Shown here: positions 1 to 9,010 of the stretch, piece by piece
How the letters are laid out: the number at the start of each line of letters is the position of its first letter
Numbering within the stretch: position 1 is the stretch's first letter
DNA from: an uncultured Gemmatimonadales bacterium
GTDB taxonomy: Bacteria > Gemmatimonadota > Gemmatimonadetes > Gemmatimonadales > GWC2-71-9
Assembly (NCBI GenBank): GCA_963795085.1
Contig: CAWCFX010000004.1
Span: 160,001 to 224,000 of the forward strand
Length of the DNA: 64,000 nt
Direction: 5' to 3'
Made by a program: the position numbers and the translations under genes
Notes under the pieces: model-generated
The model's input: the letters and a program-made list of their open reading frames with translations, nothing else
The model's database searches: none
Told to the model about the DNA's origin: nothing

Positions 1-1
1 C

Positions 2-211
2 GGCTCACCTATCCTGCCCCTGGCCATCACCGGCACCCGCGACGCATTGGCCAAGCACGATTGGCGGTTCGGCCGGGCCGATGCCCACGTCCGGGTGCTT
101 CCGCCGGTCGAAGTCACCGGCTACACCCTCAAGACCGCGGGCGAGCTGCGCGACCTGGTGCGCGACCAGATCGCCGCGGCACGGGACGAGATGCGAAAGG
201 AAAAGGTATGA
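2..211 (+). CDS. C-terminal part of a lysophospholipid/1-acyl-sn-glycerol-3-phosphate acyltransferase-like protein (5' truncated by the window edge)
   Basis: Frame 2 is open from the edge (GSPILPLAITGTRDALAKHDWRFG...), resembling the PlsC 'PIxPvaixGT' block; its TGA overlaps the next ATG (ATGA, 208-211). Confidence 0.6.
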   Translation, partial: GSPILPLAITGTRDALAKHDWRFGRADAHVRVLPPVEVTGYTLKTAGELRDLVRDQIAAARDEMRKEKV

Positions 212-591
212 ACGCCCGCACGGTGAGCCAACTGGCCCTGCTCGTGGGAGTGACGGGGTGCGGGGACCCCCCGCGCCAGGAAGCGCCGGCGTTCAACCCA
301 GGCCCGGCTCCGTCCGAGCTGGCGCTGGGAGAACAGGAGTTCAACCGAACCTGCGCGGCCTGTCATGGCAGCCTGGCGATGGGCACCGATGCAGGCCCGC
401 CCCTGGTGCACATCATTTACGAGCCCGGTCATCACGCCGACGAGTCCTTCCGCCGTGCGGTGACCCTCGGCGTGGTTCCCCACCACTGGAACTTCGGGCC
501 GATGCCGCCCCAGCCATCCGTCACGCCGGCGCAGGTGGATGCGATCGTCCGGTACGTGCGATGGCTGCAGGGGAAGGCGGGGATCACCTGA
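208..591 (+). CDS. monoheme cytochrome c lipoprotein
   Basis: Signal peptide with lipobox VTG-C, heme motif CAACH, distal Met in GPMP; start moved to ATG 208. Confidence 0.85.
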   Translation: MNARTVSQLALLVGVTGCGDPPRQEAPAFNPGPAPSELALGEQEFNRTCAACHGSLAMGTDAGPPLVHIIYEPGHHADESFRRAVTLGVVPHHWNFGPMPPQPSVTPAQVDAIVRYVRWLQGKAGIT

Positions 592-1525
592 CCTGCCAGG
601 CCTTCCCCAATCCGGCCGGCGCCATGACCCGGCCCCGCACACCCGCCAGCGCAACGAGGGTCATCAGGTACGGCAGCATCAGGAACAGCTGATATGGCAC
701 CGCGAAGCCCAAGGCCTGGAAAAGATATTGCAGCGCGGTAAGCACCCCAAAAAGGCCCGCCGCCACCGCCACGCCAACGGGATGCCACCGGCCCAGCACC
801 ACGATGGCAATCGCCACGAATCCCCGCCCCGCCGTCATCCGCTCGGCGAAGGTGCCCACCTGGGCCAGCACCAGGGTCCCTCCAGCCAGTCCGCCCAGCG
901 CACCGCCCAGGATCACCCCACCGGCCTGGGTCCACCCCACACGGACACCAGCGGCATGCGCCGCCTCGGCCGATTCCCCTGATGCCCGCAGGTTCAGGCC
1001 CCAGCGGCTCCGGTAAAGCACCCACCACGTCAGGGGGACCAGGACGAAACCGAGGTAGACCAGGACGGGCTGATCGAAGAGCGCCGGCCCCACGACCGGG
1101 ATGCGGCTAAGCAGCGGGACGGGGAGGGGGACGAAGGTCTCGACCGACGGACTCGCTCCCGCGATCCCGTGGGTCTGCCGGGAAATCGCCCCGGTAATTC
1201 CCACGGCGGCCAGAGTGAGTGCGGTGCCGGTGATGATCTGATCCGCCTTGAGCCAGATCGACACCAGGGCCAGCACCACCATCAGCACGGTGCCCGCCGC
1301 CATGGACAGCACCACGCCTGCCCAGGGACTTCCGGCCTCGGTCCCCAGCACAGCGGCCAGCGCCCCCGACAGCATGGCCCCTTCCAACCCCAGGTTGATC
1401 ACCCCACCGCGCTCCGAGATTGTCTCGCCCAGGGCCGCAATCAGCAGAGGCGTGGCCACCCGCACGGCCGCGGCCAGGAATCCGCCAGCCATCAGAAGGA
1501 GTGAGGGTTCCGTGGTCTCACCCAT
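584..1525 (-). CDS. ABC transporter permease (nucleoside/simple-sugar BPD_transp_2 type)
   Basis: ERGGVINLGLEG and GRGFVAIAIV motifs, hydrophobic; start trimmed to MGETTEP. Confidence 0.88.
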   Translation of the reverse strand: MGETTEPSLLLMAGGFLAAAVRVATPLLIAALGETISERGGVINLGLEGAMLSGALAAVLGTEAGSPWAGVVLSMAAGTVLMVVLALVSIWLKADQIITGTALTLAAVGITGAISRQTHGIAGASPSVETFVPLPVPLLSRIPVVGPALFDQPVLVYLGFVLVPLTWWVLYRSRWGLNLRASGESAEAAHAAGVRVGWTQAGGVILGGALGGLAGGTLVLAQVGTFAERMTAGRGFVAIAIVVLGRWHPVGVAVAAGLFGVLTALQYLFQALGFAVPYQLFLMLPYLMTLVALAGVRGRVMAPAGLGKAWQVR

Positions 1526-2565
1526 CAGGCGCCCGGTTCCCCGTCCGGAACCCTGATGGCAATGGCCCGCCGGGACTGTGTCTCGCCGAGCAACACGGCC
1601 AGAATGATGACGGCCTCCACCACGTAGACCACGACCGAGGGCACGCCGGCGTCCCGCTGCATGGCCGCGGCCCCGGTTTCCAGCGCGGCAAACAGGACGC
1701 CTGTCACGATAATCCCAACCGGGTTCAGGCGCGCCAGGAGTGCCACGGCGATGCCGGTGAAGCCGAACCCGGGCGAGAGATTCTGAAACAGGGCGAAGGT
1801 GACCCCGGTAACCTCCATGCCCCCCGCCAGCCCGGCGAACATGCCAGAGATGAGCAGGACCACGGCAATCAGGCGGCCGACCGGAATCCGCCCGCTCACC
1901 GAGGCGGCCCTCGGGTTGGCACCCGCCGCACGAACTTGAAACCCCCAAAGGGTCCGTGAGCGGATGAAACCCAGCCCGGTGGCGAGCACCAGCGCCGCGA
2001 CAAATCCCCAGTGCAGCCTGCTGCCCCAGAGGAAGGGCAGCCGGGCCGCTTCGGCGACCGGATCGCTCTGGGGGTAAAACCCCCGAGCCTCCTGCAGCGG
2101 GCCCTGTACCATCAGGCTCACCAGCGCTTCGGCGACGAAGTTGAGCAGGAGAGTCGAAATGACTTCCAGAACGCCAAAGCGATAGCGCAACCATACGGGT
2201 ACCGCGATCCACAGGGCCCCGGCGAGCACCGCGGCCAGCAGGGGGAGGGTCACGGCGAAGAGCGGGGGCCAGTCACCGGCATGGAGGCCCACCCAGGCGG
2301 CCGCGATAGCCCCGGCGTAAAACTGGCCCTCCGCCCCAATGTTGAAGGCGCCGGCCTGGAAGGCGAGAGCAACCCCCAGGCCGATAAGAATCAATGGTAC
2401 CGCCCGAACCAGGGTGACGGAGGTGAACGCATACCAGGAACCGAACGCTCCGCGCCCCATGGCCCCGAGCGCCGGGAGAGCGTCGAAGCCCGCCAGTTCG
2501 AGTCCGACCACGAGGACGAGGATGCCGGCGACCAGCGCCCCGACCGCCCCAGCCAGCCCCCTCAC
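1525..2565 (-). CDS. ABC transporter permease (nucleoside/simple-sugar type)
   Basis: FNIGAEGQ and GFTGIAVALLA motifs; GTG start overlaps the ATPase stop. Confidence 0.88.
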   Translation of the reverse strand: MRGLAGAVGALVAGILVLVVGLELAGFDALPALGAMGRGAFGSWYAFTSVTLVRAVPLILIGLGVALAFQAGAFNIGAEGQFYAGAIAAAWVGLHAGDWPPLFAVTLPLLAAVLAGALWIAVPVWLRYRFGVLEVISTLLLNFVAEALVSLMVQGPLQEARGFYPQSDPVAEAARLPFLWGSRLHWGFVAALVLATGLGFIRSRTLWGFQVRAAGANPRAASVSGRIPVGRLIAVVLLISGMFAGLAGGMEVTGVTFALFQNLSPGFGFTGIAVALLARLNPVGIIVTGVLFAALETGAAAMQRDAGVPSVVVYVVEAVIILAVLLGETQSRRAIAIRVPDGEPGA

Positions 2566-4037
2566 CCGGCCACCCCAAGCATCAGGCGGCCAATCGTCTC
2601 CCGGCTGGACCCCGGCGGAGGATTGTGGGCCCGGCCATTGGCCACCACGATGATCCGGTCGCACCATTCGAGCAATTCGTCCAGGTCGCTCGAATGAATT
2701 AGTACCGCGGCACCTTCCGCAGCCGCCGTTCGCAACCGGCCGAATGAAACTTGCGCTGCGCGAATATCCAAGCCGCGTCCCGGGTTCTCGGCCACCAGGA
2801 CCCGGGGTCGCAGTGCCAGCGCGCGGGCCAGGATCAGTTTCTGTTGGTTGCCTCCGCTCAGGGTCCCGGCCAGGGTATCGGGACCCAGTGCGGCAATCTC
2901 ATGCTGACGGACCAGTCGAGATGTTTCCGACCTGGCCCGCGCACGATCGATCAGGCCGTGCGAAATCCAGGCTGCCCGGCCGCCCAGCCCCAGGGTCATG
3001 TTCTCGGCGAGGGTGAAATCGGCGATCACTCCCTCAACCGCGCGATCCTCCGGGACCAGTGAAACCGGCTCCGCGACCAGCAGACGGCCAGAGGCATGGG
3101 GGACCAGGCCGGCCACCGCGCGCAGGAGTTCCCGTTCCCCGTTTCCTTCGACTGCGGCGATGCCCACGGTTTCGCCGCCCCGGAGCTGGAAACTCGCCTC
3201 CCGGATCCCGGGCCCTTTTCCATCCAGCGGAGAAACCGTGACACCCTCGGCACTCGCCAGCACCGCGCCAGGAGTCGGAGCCGGGAAGTGCTCCCCTGGT
3301 ATGAGCGCCTCGCCCAGCATGGCGGCCGCCAGCTCCGACGTGCTCCGCCCGGCGGTTTCGCCGGAGAGGACCACCCGGCCATGCCGGAGCACGGTGACCC
3401 GATCCGCAAACCGGATCGACTCATTCAGCTTGTGAGTGATGAGGACCGCGGATGATCCGCCGTCCACCAGCCGGCGTACCAACCCCAGCAGGTCGCCAGC
3501 CTCGGCGGGGGAGAGCGAGCCGGTGGGTTCATCGAGAATCAGAATAGACGCCTTCCCCGCCAGGAGCTTGAGAAGCTCCAGCCGCTGCAGCGCGGCGAAA
3601 GGAAGGATATCGGCAGGTGCCGACGGATCGAGGGCGAACCCGAGGTCCTCGTTGAGCCGGCGAACGGTCGCCGTGAGCTCCCCCCAGCGGAGCGGCCCTT
3701 CCATACCGAGGGCGACATTTTCGAGGACAGTGAAGGCAGGCACCGTCGCAAACTGCTGGTGCACCATGCCAATTCCGGCCCGCCGGGCGTCCCGCGGGTT
3801 ACGAATTCTGATCGGCGTCCCGTTCACGGAAAGCCCACCGCGATCGGGGGACACCAGCCCGGCAGCGATGCGCATCAGGGTGGTCTTTCCCGCCCCGTTT
3901 TCACCCAGGAGGGCATGCAGTTGCCCGGTCGCCACGGAAAAATCGGCCCCGCGGACCGCCTGCACAGAGCCGAAGCTCTTGTGGATTCTACGAAGTTCGA
4001 GACGGGGTTCTCCCAGCGCCCGCCGCAGGCTGCTCAC
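2562..4037 (-). CDS. ABC transporter ATP-binding protein with two NBDs (sugar/nucleoside type)
   Basis: GENGAGKTT, LDEPT and LSGGNQQK motifs. Confidence 0.9.
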   Translation of the reverse strand: MSSLRRALGEPRLELRRIHKSFGSVQAVRGADFSVATGQLHALLGENGAGKTTLMRIAAGLVSPDRGGLSVNGTPIRIRNPRDARRAGIGMVHQQFATVPAFTVLENVALGMEGPLRWGELTATVRRLNEDLGFALDPSAPADILPFAALQRLELLKLLAGKASILILDEPTGSLSPAEAGDLLGLVRRLVDGGSSAVLITHKLNESIRFADRVTVLRHGRVVLSGETAGRSTSELAAAMLGEALIPGEHFPAPTPGAVLASAEGVTVSPLDGKGPGIREASFQLRGGETVGIAAVEGNGERELLRAVAGLVPHASGRLLVAEPVSLVPEDRAVEGVIADFTLAENMTLGLGGRAAWISHGLIDRARARSETSRLVRQHEIAALGPDTLAGTLSGGNQQKLILARALALRPRVLVAENPGRGLDIRAAQVSFGRLRTAAAEGAAVLIHSSDLDELLEWCDRIIVVANGRAHNPPPGSSRETIGRLMLGVAG

Positions 4038-4807
4038 AACCCGGTGTCGTGGCGGTGGAATTCCCAGGGAACGTCAAAGCGATCGGAAAGATGGCGGGCC
4101 AGGCGCTGGACACCCAGTATCTCGGTGGCGTAATGGCCCGCATAGATCACGTTGATCCCCCCTTCAGCTGCATCAAAATATGTGTGGTGGGCGCCCTCTC
4201 CGGTGATGAAGGTGTCGAGCCCGGCCGCGATGGCTTCCCCGATGGCACTGCCACCGGCGCCGGAGATGATACCGACCCGGGCGGCATGGTCGGGCCCGCC
4301 TGGAATCAGCTTGCTCCGGGTTTCAAGGCCGGCATCGAGCCGCCGGACCAGGTCGTCCATCGTGATAGTTAGCTCACCCCAGACCCCGATTGGCACGCCG
4401 CGATGCTGTCCAAACCATCCCTGTACGGGCATGCCCAGCATTTCAGCCAACGCGACGTTGTTTCCCATCTCCGGGTGCACATCCAGCGGAATGTGCGCAC
4501 TATAGACCGCAATCTCGTGCTGCAGGAGGGACCGGAGCCGCCGGTATCGCCGGCCGGTGACCGGCTGATTGCCGTCCCAGAACAGCCCATGGTGGACCAG
4601 CAGGAGTCGGCCCGGACCGTCCCGCCCGCTGATCCCGTCAATGGTGTCCTGGGTCGCGTCGACCGCGGCGACGATGCCGGTAACCGTGCCGCTGTTGGCC
4701 ACCTGTAAGCCGTTCAGCGCCTGGGGCGAGTCCGGAACCTCCGCGATGCGGAGATAGGTGTCGAGATAGGCAGCAACGGTCTCCAGGGGAATGGATCGTG
4801 GGGGCAC
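4034..4807 (-). CDS. Nif3-like dinuclear metal centre protein
   Basis: NGLQV, LLVHHGLFW, HIPLDVH, GHYATE motifs. Confidence 0.92.
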   Translation of the reverse strand: MPPRSIPLETVAAYLDTYLRIAEVPDSPQALNGLQVANSGTVTGIVAAVDATQDTIDGISGRDGPGRLLLVHHGLFWDGNQPVTGRRYRRLRSLLQHEIAVYSAHIPLDVHPEMGNNVALAEMLGMPVQGWFGQHRGVPIGVWGELTITMDDLVRRLDAGLETRSKLIPGGPDHAARVGIISGAGGSAIGEAIAAGLDTFITGEGAHHTYFDAAEGGINVIYAGHYATEILGVQRLARHLSDRFDVPWEFHRHDTGL

Positions 4808-4810
4808 GGG

Positions 4811-5828
4811 TCAGGGCCCCGACGCGAGGACGGAAGCGGCCGGTGTCACCGGGTCCAGGAGCCCCCCGATGATCGAATCTCGCGCCGCGGTTACTTTTGC
4901 CACCAATTCCGGGGGCAGGGTTGCCGCAACGTCGGGGTGGGTCTGAAACCGGATCACGCCGCTTTCCAGACCGAACGATTGGATCCGGTGTGTGAAACGC
5001 CCCTCCTGGAGTTCCCGTGCCACCGCAAGGAACGCCCGGGGCAGGTCAATCACCACCGATCCGACTACCCGCCCCGGGGCCAGTTCCGCCTGGTCGCTGT
5101 TGGCGCCAAAGGCAAACACGCCGGGGGATTCCTTCACGGCCTGGAAGAGTCCGAGCGCGGCGGCGTCGGCGTTATGGTGGAGCATGTCCGCGCCCAGGCG
5201 GATGAGTTGAAGCGCGGCTTCTCGCCCAGCGGACACGTCGTCAAAAGAGTTGAGATATATCGACCGGGTCTGGGCCGCCTGGTTCACGTGAAGGGCACCG
5301 TTGGTCCACCCTTCGTACCCCAACCGGATCGGCGGCAGCTCGATCCCGCCGACAAAACCGAGAATGCCGCTTCGGGTCAGCCCTCCCGCGACCATGCCGG
5401 CCAGGTAGGTTCCCTCGTGAAACCGAAAAATCAGCGGGGAGACGTTCGCCGCCTGCCGCTCCCCCGAAGTGATAATGAACGTCGTCCCGGGATACTCCAC
5501 CGAGACCCGCTCCGCGGCGCCCTGAAACTCAAACCCGTGACCGAAAACCAAGAGAGTACCCGTCGGCGGCGTAGCTGCGAAGGTTGTCCTCCTGTTCACC
5601 GGGCGTCCGGGCTTCGACCTGGCTGATCTGGGCACCCAGGGAATCTCGAATGGCAAGCAGGCCCGCATAGGCACCTGAGTTCCAGGCGGCGTCAGCAATG
5701 GATCCCGGGGTAATGAGGGCGACCCGGAAACCGGGACCTTCCGCGCTCTTGCCACAGCCGACTGCCAGCAGTGCCATGACACCATAGGGCCAGAACATGG
5801 CAAGTCGGGGCTTTGTCCGTCTAACCAT
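4811..5828 (-). pseudogene. BMP-family ABC substrate-binding lipoprotein interrupted by a single frameshift near 5550-5556 (or an assembly error)
   Basis: N-half (lipobox LAVG-C, DAAWNSGAY) is in ORF 5529..5924; C-half (LVFGHGFEF, GTYLAG, GFVGG) is in ORF 4811..5803. One extra base separates them. Confidence 0.8.
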
Positions 5829-5936
5829 AATGGTCGTCAGATTCGGGGATCCCCGCGTAAAAGCCATGATTTCCACAGGTTTACGGGACTTATCAACTAT
5901 TTTTGTGGGAAAGGGCACTTCCAAATGTGATCTATG

Positions 5937-6362
5937 TCACTCGCTCTTGGAGATTGGTACGGATTCGTACGCGTCCATCTTCCCCATCTTGATTTCTCCG
6001 TTGACCTGACCTCCCTCCAGAATGGCGATCCGGGCGGTTACGATATCTCCCTGGATAATGCACGAGGCCTGCACCTCCACCCGGTCTCCCGCCCTGACCG
6101 TCCCCCGCACCTCTCCGCCCAGAATCGCTTCCCGGGTTTCGAGGTCCCCTTGTACCACGCCGCCCGGGGCCAGGAGGATCTGTTCCGCGGCGCGTACCGA
6201 CCCCTGGACCCGGCCCTCTACCTTCACTACCCCGTCGGTTTCGACATCCCCGATGATGGTCATTCCCGCGCCAATGATGGAGAGACTTCCCTCCCCGCGC
6301 CGTCGTTCCTCCGGCTTCTTGGCGGGCGATCCTGCCGGTCGAGACTGCGAAAAGATGGCCAT
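5937..6362 (-). CDS. bactofilin (polymer-forming cytoskeletal protein)
   Basis: SIIGAGMTIIGDV...VEGRVQG...IQGDI...LEGGQVNG beta-helix repeats. Confidence 0.92.
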   Translation of the reverse strand: MAIFSQSRPAGSPAKKPEERRRGEGSLSIIGAGMTIIGDVETDGVVKVEGRVQGSVRAAEQILLAPGGVVQGDLETREAILGGEVRGTVRAGDRVEVQASCIIQGDIVTARIAILEGGQVNGEIKMGKMDAYESVPISKSE

Positions 6363-6365
6363 GGT

Positions 6366-7148
6366 TTATCGTCCCTGCGTGAGGACCGCGCGGGGGTCTA
6401 GGCTCTGACCTTTTCGCGTGATCTCGAAGTGAAGGTGAGGAGCGCTGGAGCGGCCGCTGTTGCCCGACAGGCCCAGCACCTCACCGGCTGACAGGGCCTG
6501 TCCCGGGGCAACCAGGACTCGCGATAAATGAGCGTACCGGGTTTCGTACCCGTCGCTGTGCCGGATGAGGACGTAGAGGCCGTATTCGGCATCCCGGGCG
6601 GATTCCGCCACGCTGCCGGGTCCGGCTACTCGCACCGGGGTTCCGACTGGTACGGCGATGTCGACTCCGGAATGCGCCACCGCATCTCCTACGCCCAGTT
6701 GGCCACGAGTGACGTACCCGGCGTTTCGCAGCGGCCAATGCGATAACACCGAGGCCGTGCCGCCCTGCTGGCCGCTCGCCGCGGAGATCACGATAGGGGG
6801 TGCCACCGGCAGAGCGCCGGAGCCCGGGAGCCGGCTGCCGAGGTCGGCGCCCAACATCCCCCTGACCTTGGCATATTGCGCTTCAAGGCTGTCTACCGTC
6901 GCGACCAGCCGCCGGATCTGGGCATTCTCCTCGCGAAGCGTGGCAATCTCCGAGCGGAGGCCCGGGACTTGGGCGGCGACCCCGATGATGGGCACATAGA
7001 GGATCGCGGCGACCAGCACCAGGCCGAGCACCAGGGTCAGCACCACCAGGCCGGAACGAAACAACCAGAGGGGAATACGAAGCGATCGCGAATCCACCTC
7101 CCCATCACGATGGATGAGAACCGTGATCGCGGGCCGGGCCGGTTTCAT
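6366..7148 (-). CDS. membrane-anchored M23 family peptidase
   Basis: N-terminal TM, coiled coil, HSGVD, YAHL, PHLHFE. Confidence 0.92.
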   Translation of the reverse strand: MKPARPAITVLIHRDGEVDSRSLRIPLWLFRSGLVVLTLVLGLVLVAAILYVPIIGVAAQVPGLRSEIATLREENAQIRRLVATVDSLEAQYAKVRGMLGADLGSRLPGSGALPVAPPIVISAASGQQGGTASVLSHWPLRNAGYVTRGQLGVGDAVAHSGVDIAVPVGTPVRVAGPGSVAESARDAEYGLYVLIRHSDGYETRYAHLSRVLVAPGQALSAGEVLGLSGNSGRSSAPHLHFEITRKGQSLDPRAVLTQGR

Positions 7149-8026
7149 CCGTCGAAGGGTTCGCCCAGAATGATCTCCAGCAGCCGGGCCAGATCCTCGT
7201 TGGAGTAATAGCTGATCGAGAGCAAACCCCGGCCTTTGCGTTTGGCGGTCAAGCGGATATCGGTTCCCAGGCGGCGGCGTATGGCATCCTCAATCTTGCG
7301 GGCCTGGGCGGACGCCGCGGTCGCCGGCTGGTTACCCGAGCGGGCTCGCCGGGCAGCCGGGCGGCCGCCCCGCGCATGCTCCTCCATTTCGCGTACCGAC
7401 CATTGCTGGGCGGCGGCCTGTTCGGCGGTACGGACGATCTGCCGCGAATCGGCAAGCGAAAGGAGCGCGCGGGCGTGGCCAACCGACAGCGCGCCCTGGT
7501 GCAGCATGGCGCGAACTTCGTCGGGAAGCTTGAGGAGCCGGAGGGCGTTCGCCACGGTCGACCGATCTCGGCCGACCAGCCGGGCGACCTCGGCCTGGGT
7601 GACGCCGAACTCATCGATCAGGCGCTGATAACTGACTGCTTCTTCGACCGCGGATAACTGGTCCCGCTGGAGATTCTCGATCAGGGCCAGGGTAAGCAGC
7701 GTTTTGTCGTCGACATCCTTGACCACGGCCGGAATCTTCGCCCACTCCAGCCGCTGGACCGCGCGCCAGCGACGCTCGCCGGCGATGAGCTGGTACGATC
7801 CATGGTTCTGACGGACCACGATGGGCTGCAGCAGTCCGGAGACCTGGATGGAGTCCGCCAGTTCATTCAAGGCCGCCTCATTGATCTCCTGGCGGGGCTG
7901 AAACGGATTCGGACGAATGGAGCTGACGGCGATCTCGACCAGCTCACCTGAGCGCTCCGCCTGTTCCCTGCTGACCGGTCCCAGCAACGCCTCGAGGCCC
8001 CGACCCAGCCGGCGGGTTTCGCTCAT
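7145..8026 (-). CDS. parB: chromosome partitioning protein ParB
   Basis: LGRGL, NPFQPR, GERRWRA, ENLQR and HTH. Confidence 0.97.
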   Translation of the reverse strand: MSETRRLGRGLEALLGPVSREQAERSGELVEIAVSSIRPNPFQPRQEINEAALNELADSIQVSGLLQPIVVRQNHGSYQLIAGERRWRAVQRLEWAKIPAVVKDVDDKTLLTLALIENLQRDQLSAVEEAVSYQRLIDEFGVTQAEVARLVGRDRSTVANALRLLKLPDEVRAMLHQGALSVGHARALLSLADSRQIVRTAEQAAAQQWSVREMEEHARGGRPAARRARSGNQPATAASAQARKIEDAIRRRLGTDIRLTAKRKGRGLLSISYYSNEDLARLLEIILGEPFDG

Positions 8027-8841
8027 GGGTGCACCTCAGGGAGCGCGGCGGGAATCTCGGGAGGCGCCGTGGCGGCTTCGGCGCGCCGGAGCAATTCCTG
8101 AGCGACCGATAGGTAACTCTTGGCCCCCACGGACTGGATGTCGTAAAGCAGAATGGGCTTCCCGTAACTGGGCGCCTCGGCCAACCGGATATTGCGGGGA
8201 ATGACCGTCTGGAACATCCGCTGGTCGAAGTATTCCTTGGCGTCCTCGGCCACCTGGCGGCAGAGATTGAGCCGGGAGTCGTACATGGTGAGGAGAACGC
8301 CGTCGATCGCCAGATTCGGATTGAAGTTCTGCTGGACCAGCTTCACCGTGTTGAGGAGCTGGCTAATGCCCTCGAGTGCGTAATACTCGCACTGGATCGG
8401 GATGATGACGCCGTCAGAGGCGGTCAGCACGTTCAGCGTCAGCAGGCCGAGCGATGGCGGGCAGTCGATCAGCACGAACTCATAATTGCCGACGATGTCC
8501 TCCAGCGCACGGCGCAACGCCAACTCGCGCTCCGGCCGGTCCACCAGTTCGACTTCCGCCCCAACCAGGTCCTGGGTCGCCGGCACGATCTGCAGGGCCG
8601 GCAGGTGAGAGTCCTGCAGAACTATGTCGCTGAAGCGCCGCCCGTCAATCAGCGCGTCGTAGAGAGAAAAACGAATCTGGTCGCGGGGCACACCGACGCC
8701 GCTCGTCGCATTTCCCTGCGGATCAGCATCGATGAGAAGGGTACGCTTCTCGGCGATGGCCAGAGACGCGGCAAGGTTGACCGCGGTTGTGGTCTTCCCG
8801 ACTCCGCCCTTCTGGTTAGCAATTGCTATTACTCTGGCCAT
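8023..8841 (-). CDS. parA: chromosome partitioning ATPase ParA/Soj
   Basis: NQKGGVGKTT, DPQGNAT, DCPPSLG, LAEAPS. Confidence 0.97.
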   Translation of the reverse strand: MARVIAIANQKGGVGKTTTAVNLAASLAIAEKRTLLIDADPQGNATSGVGVPRDQIRFSLYDALIDGRRFSDIVLQDSHLPALQIVPATQDLVGAEVELVDRPERELALRRALEDIVGNYEFVLIDCPPSLGLLTLNVLTASDGVIIPIQCEYYALEGISQLLNTVKLVQQNFNPNLAIDGVLLTMYDSRLNLCRQVAEDAKEYFDQRMFQTVIPRNIRLAEAPSYGKPILLYDIQSVGAKSYLSVAQELLRRAEAATAPPEIPAALPEVHP

Positions 8842-8956
8842 TTGCTCCTAAGTCTCTGTGGAACAAGAAGTTATGAGAGAACAACCAAGATATTGTAGAT
8901 GGTGAACTTCAGGATATTAGAATATAGAGGCGAAGGCGAACCCCGTAAATACCAAA

Positions 8957-8972
8957 TGTTTCACGTGAAACA
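8957..8972. promoter_or_regulatory. parS: parS site
   Basis: Perfect palindrome TGTTTCACGTGAAACA, matching the canonical parS consensus, just upstream of parA. Confidence 0.95.
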
Positions 8973-8994
8973 CCCGGCAATGGGGGAACCGGGG

Positions 8995-9010
8995 AGTTTC
9001 ACGTGAAACT
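8995..9010. promoter_or_regulatory. parS: second parS site (variant outer bases)
   Basis: Perfect palindrome AGTTTCACGTGAAACT, touching the mnmG stop codon. Confidence 0.85.

Noticed and set aside
5869..5912. DnaA-box-like 9-mers (ATTTCCACA, TTATCAACT, TGTGGGAAA) as an alternative oriC
   Set aside because: Few, mismatched, with no trios; the dnaA-dnaN spacer is a much better candidate.
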